Shown piece after piece: positions 6,318 to 13,767 of a stretch of DNA of 32,000 nucleotides (positions are counted from its first letter, which is position 1; every line of letters starts with the position of its first letter). The stretch lies in NCBI RefSeq assembly GCF_000284115.1, contig NC_017080.1, forward strand, positions 990,001 to 1,022,000, written 5' to 3'. The DNA is from Phycisphaera mikurensis NBRC 102666 (lineage in GTDB: Bacteria > Planctomycetota > Phycisphaerae > Phycisphaerales > Phycisphaeraceae). Under the pieces are notes generated by a model. The model was not told the origin of the DNA and did not search any database. It saw only the letters and a program-made list of their open reading frames with translations. Both the position numbers and the translations under genes were made by a program.

Positions 6318-8315
6318 TCAGGCCCGCAGCAGCGACGCGGGCACGTAGGGGTCGAAGCCGGCTTTGGGGTTGCGGAGGTCCATCAGCGCGGAGGTCCGCG
6401 GGTCGTCGCGGAATCGCGTGATCACGGCCTCGAAGCCCATTCGGTGGACGAAGGGGCCGAGGCGCTCGCTGGAGCCGTTGTTTCCCTGCTTCTGGGTTTT
6501 CCACCAGTCGAAGAGGACGGCGCAGACGTTGGCGACTTCCTCACGCGGGACCATCGAGAGGTACTGCTTCTCGCCGTCGGTGAGCCAGTGGCCCTGGGTG
6601 CTGCCGTCCTCGCTGCCGCCGAGCTTGAGGCCGTAGTTGTCGCCGCCCGAGCCGACCCAGCCGATCGACTTGGTGCCGGGGCGGAAGCACTGCCGCTCGC
6701 AGCCGGTGATGCCGATCGACTCGGCGACGTCGCCGTAGCCCATGTCCTCGAGCTGGTCCATCAGCTCGGGCTCGAACTGCTCGGAGTCGGTGTAGGAGAG
6801 CCGGCAGGTCGGCAGGCCGACGCAGGCGCCGCTGAGGACACGCAGCTTCGAGTACGCCTTCCCGCGGCGCGTGCCGTGGCCGAACTCGGCCAGCTTCGCG
6901 ACGAAGTCTTCCTTCGCGGCCTCCTCGATGTTCGCGAAGAGCAGGTCCTGGTTGGGGGTGACCATCACCTCGGTGCCGGGGAAGGCGTCGAGCACGGCGG
7001 GGACCATGCTCTTGAGCCGGGCGGAGCCCGAGCCGGCGTGCAGCGTCCCGTCGGCGGCGTCGGTGGGCTCGGCGTCGGGACTGTTGCTGGGGGCCAGGTG
7101 CGGGGCGGCCTCGCGGGCGTCGCCGAGCTTCGCCTTGTCGATGTACGCCCCGTCGGCCAGCCGGCCGCACTCGACGTAGGCCCCGTAGGCCCAGAGCCCG
7201 TTGCTCTCCTGCTCGTTCCAGCCGTGGTGCAGCATCCGCTCGCCGGGGTGCAGCGACTCGTCGGGCGGGTCGAAGCTCACGCCCTCCGCCTTCACCTGCT
7301 CGCGGTACCACGCGATGCCCTGCTTCCAGACCACGTACTTGAGGCGAGCCCACACGCGGTTCTTGCGGTCGCCCCACTGCTTGTGGACGTCGACGATCGC
7401 CTTGAGCCCGGGCATCAGCTGGTCGGGCGTGAAGACGCCGAGCGCCTTGCCGTGAGCGGCGAAGGTGGGCTTGCCCTTCTTCTCGCCCTGGCCGCCGCCG
7501 ACGTAGACCTGGTAGCCGACGACCCGCGCGTCGCTGCCGGTGCCCTCGACGACCGGGGCCACGCCCACCTCGTTGGTGCGGATCTCGGTGCAGTTGTCCG
7601 CGGTGACCACGCCGGTCCGCGGGTCGCGGTGCACGGTGGAGAAAGCGATCTTGAACTTGCGGTTGAGCAGCTGCTTGCCGTAGTCGTACTGGACCTCCGG
7701 GTCCTTGATGTCGTTGGGGTCGACGGCGAAGACCTGGATGTGCGAGGCGGCGGGCAGGCGGAAGTAGTCGCCGTACCTGTGCGACAGCTCGAACGCGTTG
7801 GCGCCGGGGATCGTCCCGAACTTGCTCAGCGGGCAGCCCATGACGTTGCGGACGTTGTCGCCGCAGCCGTTGAGCGTGTAGAAGCCGCTCTTGGCGATGT
7901 CCTGCACCAGCGACATCACCTGCGGCTTGCGGAGCCAGTGGTACTGGATGTTCTGCCGGGTGGTCAGCCGCAGCGAGTTGCCGCCGTAGGGGTTGTGGTC
8001 GCAGTACTTGTCCGCGACGGAGTCGAGGATCGCCCACTGCCGGGCGTCGAAGGCCCCGCCGCCGGGCACGGTGACGCGGACCATGTACATCCAGTCCTTC
8101 TCGACGCCGGTCTTCGCGCGGTTGTACTCGAGGTACAGCCCGTGGCTCTTGGAGAGGAACTCGGCCTCCTTCTCCAGGTCCATCGTCTCGTGGTCGCGGT
8201 AGCGCTCGGGCAGGACGCCGACCATGCCGGCGCTCTCGATCTTGAAGTGCTCGTCGGCGGAGAGCTGGTCCTGCGGGGTCGGGATCAGCGGCTGGGGTTC
8301 TTTGACGCGGGCCAT
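6318..8315 (-). CDS. Assimilatory sulfite/nitrite reductase (siroheme + 4Fe-4S, NirA/Sir family)
   Basis: The protein is 665 aa from the ATG at 8315 (MARVKEPQ...). Two Cys motifs, SGACVGLPTC (C-x5-C) and TGCERQC (C-x3-C), fit the siroheme-[4Fe-4S] ligand pattern. LRLTTRQNIQYHW and NGCGDNVRNV are typical NIR/SIR repeats. The 287-codon upstream extension in the track ORF is Arg/Pro/Gly junk. Confidence 0.85.
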   Translation of the reverse strand: MARVKEPQPLIPTPQDQLSADEHFKIESAGMVGVLPERYRDHETMDLEKEAEFLSKSHGLYLEYNRAKTGVEKDWMYMVRVTVPGGGAFDARQWAILDSVADKYCDHNPYGGNSLRLTTRQNIQYHWLRKPQVMSLVQDIAKSGFYTLNGCGDNVRNVMGCPLSKFGTIPGANAFELSHRYGDYFRLPAASHIQVFAVDPNDIKDPEVQYDYGKQLLNRKFKIAFSTVHRDPRTGVVTADNCTEIRTNEVGVAPVVEGTGSDARVVGYQVYVGGGQGEKKGKPTFAAHGKALGVFTPDQLMPGLKAIVDVHKQWGDRKNRVWARLKYVVWKQGIAWYREQVKAEGVSFDPPDESLHPGERMLHHGWNEQESNGLWAYGAYVECGRLADGAYIDKAKLGDAREAAPHLAPSNSPDAEPTDAADGTLHAGSGSARLKSMVPAVLDAFPGTEVMVTPNQDLLFANIEEAAKEDFVAKLAEFGHGTRRGKAYSKLRVLSGACVGLPTCRLSYTDSEQFEPELMDQLEDMGYGDVAESIGITGCERQCFRPGTKSIGWVGSGGDNYGLKLGGSEDGSTQGHWLTDGEKQYLSMVPREEVANVCAVLFDWWKTQKQGNNGSSERLGPFVHRMGFEAVITRFRDDPRTSALMDLRNPKAGFDPYVPASLLRA

Positions 8316-8431
8316 GTTCGTCTTCGCCTTCGGCGAGGGGGCTGTGCGGGAACCACGCCGTTCGCACGGGGCGAGCGGGTGGGCGGGGGGAGAGCGTAAG
8401 GGAAGCGGTGGCGTGGCCGGTGTCGGCCGGC

Positions 8432-9142
8432 TCACGGCACGCAGGATCCCGGCGATTCCGGGTCCGCGCTCGCGGGGCCGGGACGCTCGCCGCTGGCGGC
8501 TTGGAGCGTCAGGGCCGCGAAGTCGCGGGTGCGGTGGAAGTCGGCGACCGGCAGGCGGGGGAAGCAGGACAGCGCCGGCCGGCCCGCGGCGGCGTGGTCG
8601 TAGCGGGCGGCCAGCGTGGTCCACGCGGAACCGGGGCCCCAAGCGTCGCCCCGGGAGCAGAGGAGCGGCGCGGGGACGAGCAAGTCCGACACCCAGCCGT
8701 CCCCGGTGGTTGCGCTGGCGACGCGGACCCCGTCCAGCGGCTCGTACGGCACGTCCCCGGAGCGGTCGGGGCCGGTCCAGCACATGGCGGTGCGGTGGCC
8801 ATGAGGGGTGGCGTAGAACTCCCAGTAGTGGTCCGCGTCCGCCGGCTTCAGGAACCACTCGGCGGTGTCGCCGAGCTCGTAGTGCAGCTGGTTGTCGGCG
8901 GAGGCGGAGGTGCAAACCTCCGCGTCGGCGAACTCGAAGCGGGCGAGCAGGCCCGCTGCGCACCACCCGAAGCGGACCCGGCCGGGCTCGGCGGGCGGCC
9001 CGCCGCCGCCCGGCGACGACAGAGGGTGGGTGTCCACCCCCGCCCAGGCGGCCGCGGCGACCGGCCGGCCCGGTGGCGGGCCTGCGGCCTCCGCGGCGAA
9101 CGGGTGGTCGGGCAGGTACGCGGCGGCGACGGTCGGCGGCAT
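8432..9142 (-). CDS. CBM9/DOMON-like carbohydrate-binding-fold protein (function unknown)
   Basis: The ORF is 236 aa from an ATG. The pattern W..A...F, DTAEWFLKP, YWEFYATPHG and GWVSDLLVPAPLL resembles CBM9-like modules. I see no obvious signal peptide. The assignment rests on motif resemblance only. Confidence 0.5.
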   Translation of the reverse strand: MPPTVAAAYLPDHPFAAEAAGPPPGRPVAAAAWAGVDTHPLSSPGGGGPPAEPGRVRFGWCAAGLLARFEFADAEVCTSASADNQLHYELGDTAEWFLKPADADHYWEFYATPHGHRTAMCWTGPDRSGDVPYEPLDGVRVASATTGDGWVSDLLVPAPLLCSRGDAWGPGSAWTTLAARYDHAAAGRPALSCFPRLPVADFHRTRDFAALTLQAASGERPGPASADPESPGSCVP

Positions 9143-9220
9143 GGGCAGAGCTCTGGAACGTGACGTTCGGCATCACGGTACCCTCGCGGCCTCCGGATCC
9201 CCCCGCCGGAGCCCCTTCGC

Positions 9221-10408
9221 ATGACCGACCTCGCCATCATCACCACCGTCTACCGGCCCGAGAGCCACACCGACGTCATCATGGCACGGTGGCTGGAGGA
9301 CATCCCGGCCGACCCGCACTGGGGCTGGAACGGCCCGCGGACGTCGATCGTCTCGGCCTACGTCGCGCAGTTCCCCGAGAACGACCTCGCCCGCGAGCGC
9401 TTCGGCGACGCGGGCATCCCGCTGCATGGCTCCATCGCCGCGGCGCTCCGCAACGGCGGCGACCGGCTCGCGGTCGGCGGCGTGCTGCTGGTGGCCGAGC
9501 ACGGCGAGTACCCGTTCAACCGCTACGGCCAGCACCTGTACCCGCGGGCGGAGATGTTCCACGCGATCCTCGACGTGATGGAGGAGGACGGCCGCACCGC
9601 ACCGGTCTTCTTCGACAAGCACCTCTCCTGGGACTTCGACCTCGGCCGGCTGATGCTCGAGCGGGCGCGAAGTCTCAACGTGCCGGTGCTGTCCGCCTCG
9701 TCGCTGCCGCTGTGCCGGTACGGCCCGCCGATTCGCTGCGACGGGGAGGCGGTGGAGGAGATCGTCGCCGTGTACCCGCTCGTGGACGGCGGCAACCCCG
9801 AGAGCTACGGCTACCACAGCCTGGAGGTGGTGCAGCAGTTCGCCGAGCGCCGGGCCGGCGGGGCGGCGGGTGTGGTGCGGGTGCAGGGCTGGCGGGGCGG
9901 GGACGCCTGGGCCGCGTGCGACGCCGGGTTGTGGTCGCGGCCGCTCTTCGAGGCCGCCTGGAGCCGCTCCCTCGGCGACGCGAAGCCGCGGGAGGAGCCG
10001 ATCGACGCGCTCTACGAGGCGGAGAGCGGGCTGCAGCCCACGTGCGTCTTCACGATGGACCACGCCGACGGTCTGCGCGTCACGCACGTCGGCGTCGACC
10101 ACTTCCAGGACTTCGCTCTCGCCGCCCGCGTCGGCGGCGAGACGCGGTCGAGCGTCATCCTCGGCGGCGAGGGCGGCGTCGACCGGCACAGCAACTTCGC
10201 CGCGCTCGCGCGGATGACCGAGGACTGGATCCTCGACGGCGTCGAGCCCTTCCCGCCCACCCGGGCGCTGCTCACCTGCGGCACCCTCCAGGCGATGTGC
10301 AACGCGCTGGCGCTGCGTTCCGGTGCCCTCTTCCCCACGCCGCACCTCGCCGACCTCCACTACCGGCCGGCCCCGACGCCCGTCGGCGCCGACCACTGGA
10401 ACCTCTGA
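9221..10408 (+). CDS. Conserved hypothetical protein (no family recognised)
   Basis: The ORF is 395 aa with an ATG start and balanced composition, unlike the Arg-rich antisense ORF 9173..10612. It is followed 23 nt later by the creatininase-family gene. Confidence 0.6.
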   Translation: MTDLAIITTVYRPESHTDVIMARWLEDIPADPHWGWNGPRTSIVSAYVAQFPENDLARERFGDAGIPLHGSIAAALRNGGDRLAVGGVLLVAEHGEYPFNRYGQHLYPRAEMFHAILDVMEEDGRTAPVFFDKHLSWDFDLGRLMLERARSLNVPVLSASSLPLCRYGPPIRCDGEAVEEIVAVYPLVDGGNPESYGYHSLEVVQQFAERRAGGAAGVVRVQGWRGGDAWAACDAGLWSRPLFEAAWSRSLGDAKPREEPIDALYEAESGLQPTCVFTMDHADGLRVTHVGVDHFQDFALAARVGGETRSSVILGGEGGVDRHSNFAALARMTEDWILDGVEPFPPTRALLTCGTLQAMCNALALRSGALFPTPHLADLHYRPAPTPVGADHWNL

Positions 10409-10430
10409 ACCCGCGAAGCGGAACCCCCTC

Positions 10431-11204
10431 ATGCAGTGGCAACACCTCCGCAGCGACCAGATCGACGCGACCGACCGCGAAACCGTGGTCGTCGTGCCCA
10501 CCGCCGCCATCGAGCAGCACAGCCTGCACCTGCCGGTCAGCACCGACACGACGATCGTCACCGAGGTTTGCCGCCGGCTCGACGCCGCCTGCGGCGACGG
10601 GCTCCTGGTCACGCCGACGCTGTGGCTGGGCTGCTCGCGTCACCACCGCAACTACCCCGGCACGCTGACCACGGCGCTCGACCACTTCGGCCACGCGCTC
10701 TTCGACACGGTGGACTCCGTCCTGCACGCGGGCTTCCGCAACGTCCTCATCCTCAACGGCCACGGCGGGAACGGGGCCATGCTCTCGGTCACGGCCGAGA
10801 AGCTCAAGTACGCCTGGCCGGACCGCCGCGTCGCCGCCGCGTCCTACTGGGACGTCGCCGGCCACCGCATGGCGGAGGTGCGTGAGAGCGGGCCCGGCGG
10901 CATGGGCCACGCCGGGGAGATGGAGACCGCGGTGATGCTCGCGATCGACCCCGACCGCGTCGACATGAGCCGGGCCGCGGCCGACGGCATCCAGACGGCG
11001 TCGCCGCTGGGCCACATCGACATGCTCGGCCTCGGCTCGGGGCCCGGCTCGGTGACGCGGGTGCGGACCTTCGAGGAGATGACGGACCACGGCGGCTTCG
11101 GCGACCCGACCACCGCCACCGCCGAGAAGGGCGAACGCTTCCTGGCCGTGATCGTCGAGAGCCTCGAGGCCGCCGTCGAGGACCTCGCGGCGGGCCGGCT
11201 CTGA
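10431..11204 (+). CDS. Creatininase-family metal-dependent amidohydrolase
   Basis: The motifs PTAAIEQHSLHLPVSTD, LNGHGGN and GHAGEMETA are the hallmark metal-binding motifs of the creatininase (PF02633-type) family. The start is the ATG at 10431 (MQWQHL...). Confidence 0.85.
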   Translation: MQWQHLRSDQIDATDRETVVVVPTAAIEQHSLHLPVSTDTTIVTEVCRRLDAACGDGLLVTPTLWLGCSRHHRNYPGTLTTALDHFGHALFDTVDSVLHAGFRNVLILNGHGGNGAMLSVTAEKLKYAWPDRRVAAASYWDVAGHRMAEVRESGPGGMGHAGEMETAVMLAIDPDRVDMSRAAADGIQTASPLGHIDMLGLGSGPGSVTRVRTFEEMTDHGGFGDPTTATAEKGERFLAVIVESLEAAVEDLAAGRL

Positions 11205-11256
11205 ATCCGCGGACCGTCGGCGTTTCCAGGCGAAAGTGCTCACGGTCCGCGGATTC
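11203..11256. terminator. REP-like palindrome acting as a candidate bidirectional terminator
   Basis: gaatccgcggaccgt (11203-11217) and acggtccgcggattc (11242-11256) form a perfect 15-bp stem with a 24-nt loop. It exactly fills the gap between two convergent stops (11204 and 11263). It has the same core and the same 36-bp arm spacing as the other REP-like copies. Confidence 0.6.
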
Positions 11257-11262
11257 CGCCCG

Positions 11263-12576
11263 CTACCGCAGCTCGAACACCGCCGACGCGTGCGGCGCGA
11301 GCTCTCGCGTCAGCGCCGCCTCGACCGCCACGTCCTCGCCGCTCCAGGCGTCGGTGATGGCGGCCGGCGGCCCGTCCAGCTCCAGCTGGCCCCACGAGGC
11401 GCAGACCTGCAGCGGCTCGTCGCTCAGGTTAAAGAGCGCCGCGAAGCGTCCGCCGCCGGGGGCGTCGGAGATCCAGATCACCGCCCCGCCCTGGTGGTGG
11501 GCCTGCCGCGGGCGCTCGCCCGCGCGGTGGATCCGCAGCAGCCCCGCGTGCGTGAGGAGCCCGAGCGTGTCGGCGTCGGTCTCGGGCAGGTGCCCGCCGA
11601 CCATCAGCGGCGACCGGAACACGCACCACAGCGTCATCAGCGTGCGGGCCTCGTCGGCGGTGAAGCGGCTGGTCCGCGGCTCGGGCTGCGGCCCGTTCAC
11701 CGACAGCCGGCCCAGCGGGATCATGTCCGCGTCGGGCCAGCCGCGGCCGCGCGGCGTCGCGCAGCCGACCCGCGGGCTCCACGCGTTGCACAGCTCGAAC
11801 ATGTTCTTGAGGTCGTCCCAGCGGTCCCAGAAGTCCGCCGACACCCGCCACATGTCCGCGTGCTCGGCGGTGTGCTCGGCCCGGTGCAGCGGGGCCCGGC
11901 CCGGCGAGAGGCTCAGCACCATCGGCCGGCCGCAGGCGTCCATGCCCGCCCGCATCGCCTCCAGCTCCGCCGCCTGGTAGCCGTCCCGCTCGCTCATCAG
12001 CACGTCGTCGGCCTTGATGAAGTCCACGCCCCACGACGCGTAGAGCCGGAAGAGGCTCGCGTAGTACGCCCGGCCCGCGGGGGAGGAACCGTCGACGCCG
12101 ACCATGTGGTTCAGCCACGTGCAGTCTGCGCCCGGGCGAGCGACCTGCGAGGCGGTGGCGTCGGTGCCCTCGATCGGCGCGTCCTCCGCCACCGCCTGCC
12201 GCGGGATCCCCCGCATGATGTGCAGGCCGAACCGGAGCCCCGCGGCGTGGATCTTCTCCGCCAGCGGCGCGAAGCCGGCGCCGCCCGCCGCCGAGGGGAA
12301 GCGCGCGACCGCCGGCAACAGCCGGGCGACGCCGTCCATCGCCAGCCGCGGCCGGAGGCTTGCGTCCTGGCTGGGGTTCTCGGTCGTGCCCGGATCCGGG
12401 TGCGACCAGCAGAAGTCGACCACGACCGTGTCGTAGCCGGCGGGCTTCAGGTGCTCCACGAAGGCGTCGAGGTTGGCCAGCACCTGCGCCTCGGTGACCG
12501 AGGAGCCGAAGCCGTCGAAGCTGTTCCAGCCCATCGGCGGGGTGGCGGTGGTGCGGGCGGAGGTGGATCCGGTCAT
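11263..12576 (-). CDS. GH27-like alpha-galactosidase family glycoside hydrolase
   Basis: N-terminal TPPMGWNSF, VVVDFCW, GLRFGLHIMRGIP and DFIKADD parallel the GH27 motifs PPMGWNSW, DDCW and YLKYD (nucleophile Asp). It is 437 aa with an ATG at 12576. Confidence 0.8.
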   Translation of the reverse strand: MTGSTSARTTATPPMGWNSFDGFGSSVTEAQVLANLDAFVEHLKPAGYDTVVVDFCWSHPDPGTTENPSQDASLRPRLAMDGVARLLPAVARFPSAAGGAGFAPLAEKIHAAGLRFGLHIMRGIPRQAVAEDAPIEGTDATASQVARPGADCTWLNHMVGVDGSSPAGRAYYASLFRLYASWGVDFIKADDVLMSERDGYQAAELEAMRAGMDACGRPMVLSLSPGRAPLHRAEHTAEHADMWRVSADFWDRWDDLKNMFELCNAWSPRVGCATPRGRGWPDADMIPLGRLSVNGPQPEPRTSRFTADEARTLMTLWCVFRSPLMVGGHLPETDADTLGLLTHAGLLRIHRAGERPRQAHHQGGAVIWISDAPGGGRFAALFNLSDEPLQVCASWGQLELDGPPAAITDAWSGEDVAVEAALTRELAPHASAVFELR

Positions 12577-12633
12577 GAGGAGGTTCGCGTGGGACGGCGT
12601 GCGATCGTACGGAATCCGTCGTTTTGCTGCCCG

Positions 12634-12678
12634 CCGCGGACCGCCACCCCGAGCCCCCGAGCGGCCGCCGGTCCGCGG
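12634..12678. repeat. REP-like palindromic element
   Basis: ccgcggaccg is at 12634-12643 and cggtccgcgg at 12669-12678 (35-bp spacing). It lies in the divergent spacer between the GH27 and PEP-CTERM genes. Confidence 0.75.
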
Positions 12679-12966
12679 CGTTCGCGAGGGATCGGCCGGA
12701 GGTCCCGGGTTCTCCCGGTCCGCTCAATGAAACGGAAGGTTCCGATCCGCCTTGACAAGCCAGCGACGAGCCGCCACACTCGGCCGGCCTGCATCTCTCG
12801 CTCCGCCGCATGCGACCGAAGGTCGACCCGAAAATCGCCCGCTTGAACGCGCCTCGCCGCGCGGCCGCCGTCGCTTCGCGATCGGCCCGCCGCAGGGCGG
12901 CTTCGACGCAAAACCTGCTGTTCCGCTTCGCCCGAAGCATGTTTGTTTCCTTCCAGGAGATCCGAA

Positions 12967-13671
12967 ATGTCCGATTCCGCCATTGATCCTTCCGCGTCCA
13001 AGTCTCTCACCCGCCCGGAGCAGCTCGGCTGGTACAGCCTCGCCGCCGGGGCCGCGCTCGCGGGCGCGGTGCCCGCCTCCGCGGCGGTGATGAGCCGTGA
13101 CCTGAACCTCACGTTCACCAACAACGACTTCTCCAGCAACTCGCTCCAGACCAGCGGCGTCGACATCGACGGCAACGGCACCGTCACCGACGTCTCGGTC
13201 GTCCTCTACAACTACGGCGGCACGCGCTTCAAGGGGTTGATCGCGGACCTCGGCGTCGTGCAGGACGACAGCCTGACCTCGACCGCGGGCGGCGACGGCA
13301 CGCCCTACGCGCGGGTCCTCGCACCCGGCGAGACCGTGGGCCCGGCGAGCAGCTTCGACGGGCTGGTGGCCGGCAACAACCAGACGATGTACCTCGACGC
13401 GGAGGACGACTACTTCGGCCTCGGCCGCCCCTACGCCTCGCTCACCGACGCCCTCGTCGGCTTCCAGTTCACGATCGATGGCGAAGCTCACTTCGGCTAC
13501 GTGGAGGTGAGCTACCCGGATCAGGCGGGCGCGAACATCCTCACGCTTGGCACGGCGTTCTGGGAGTCCACGCCCGGCGCCGCCATTGTGGTGCCCGAGC
13601 CCGGCTCGCTGGCGCTGCTCGCCGCGGGCGCCGGAGCCCTCGCCGGCTACCGCCGCCGCTCCGCGGCCTGA
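12967..13671 (+). CDS. PEP-CTERM-anchored secreted protein
   Basis: The ATG at 12967 is preceded by AGGAGA (12955-12960). The signal-like region is LAAGAALAGAVPASAA. The C-terminus VVPEPGSLALLAAGAGALAGYRRRSAA is a PEP-CTERM signal. Confidence 0.8.
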   Translation: MSDSAIDPSASKSLTRPEQLGWYSLAAGAALAGAVPASAAVMSRDLNLTFTNNDFSSNSLQTSGVDIDGNGTVTDVSVVLYNYGGTRFKGLIADLGVVQDDSLTSTAGGDGTPYARVLAPGETVGPASSFDGLVAGNNQTMYLDAEDDYFGLGRPYASLTDALVGFQFTIDGEAHFGYVEVSYPDQAGANILTLGTAFWESTPGAAIVVPEPGSLALLAAGAGALAGYRRRSAA

Positions 13672-13673
13672 AA

Positions 13674-13735
13674 CCGCGGACCGTCGCTCGATATCTCATC
13701 CGGGAGCCTCCGTCCGCGGGCGGAGGCTTCTCTTG
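13674..13735 (+). terminator. REP-like half-degenerate element plus stem-loop with T-rich tail
   Basis: ccgcggaccg (13674-13683) is paired with an imperfect cgtccgcgg (13711-13719). The overlapping hairpin agcctccg (13705-13712) / cggaggct (13721-13728) is followed by ttctctt. It begins 3 nt after the PEP-CTERM gene stop. Confidence 0.5.
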
Positions 13736-13767
13736 GACGGCGCGTGGAGTCGCCGTCACCCTGCGTC

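Noticed and set aside
6318-9176. 952-aa version of the sulfite reductase ORF that absorbs the upstream region
   Set aside because: Residues upstream of MARVKEP are Arg/Pro/Gly-rich junk and overlap the better-supported CBM9-like ORF (8432-9142) in another frame. The ATG at 8315 gives a full-length NirA/Sir-type protein.
12745-12790. TTGACA-N17-CACACT promoter-like site in the GH27/PEP-CTERM divergent spacer
   Set aside because: The -10 match is weak, and the site would leave a ~190-nt leader before the ATG at 12967. I am not confident enough to list it as a feature.
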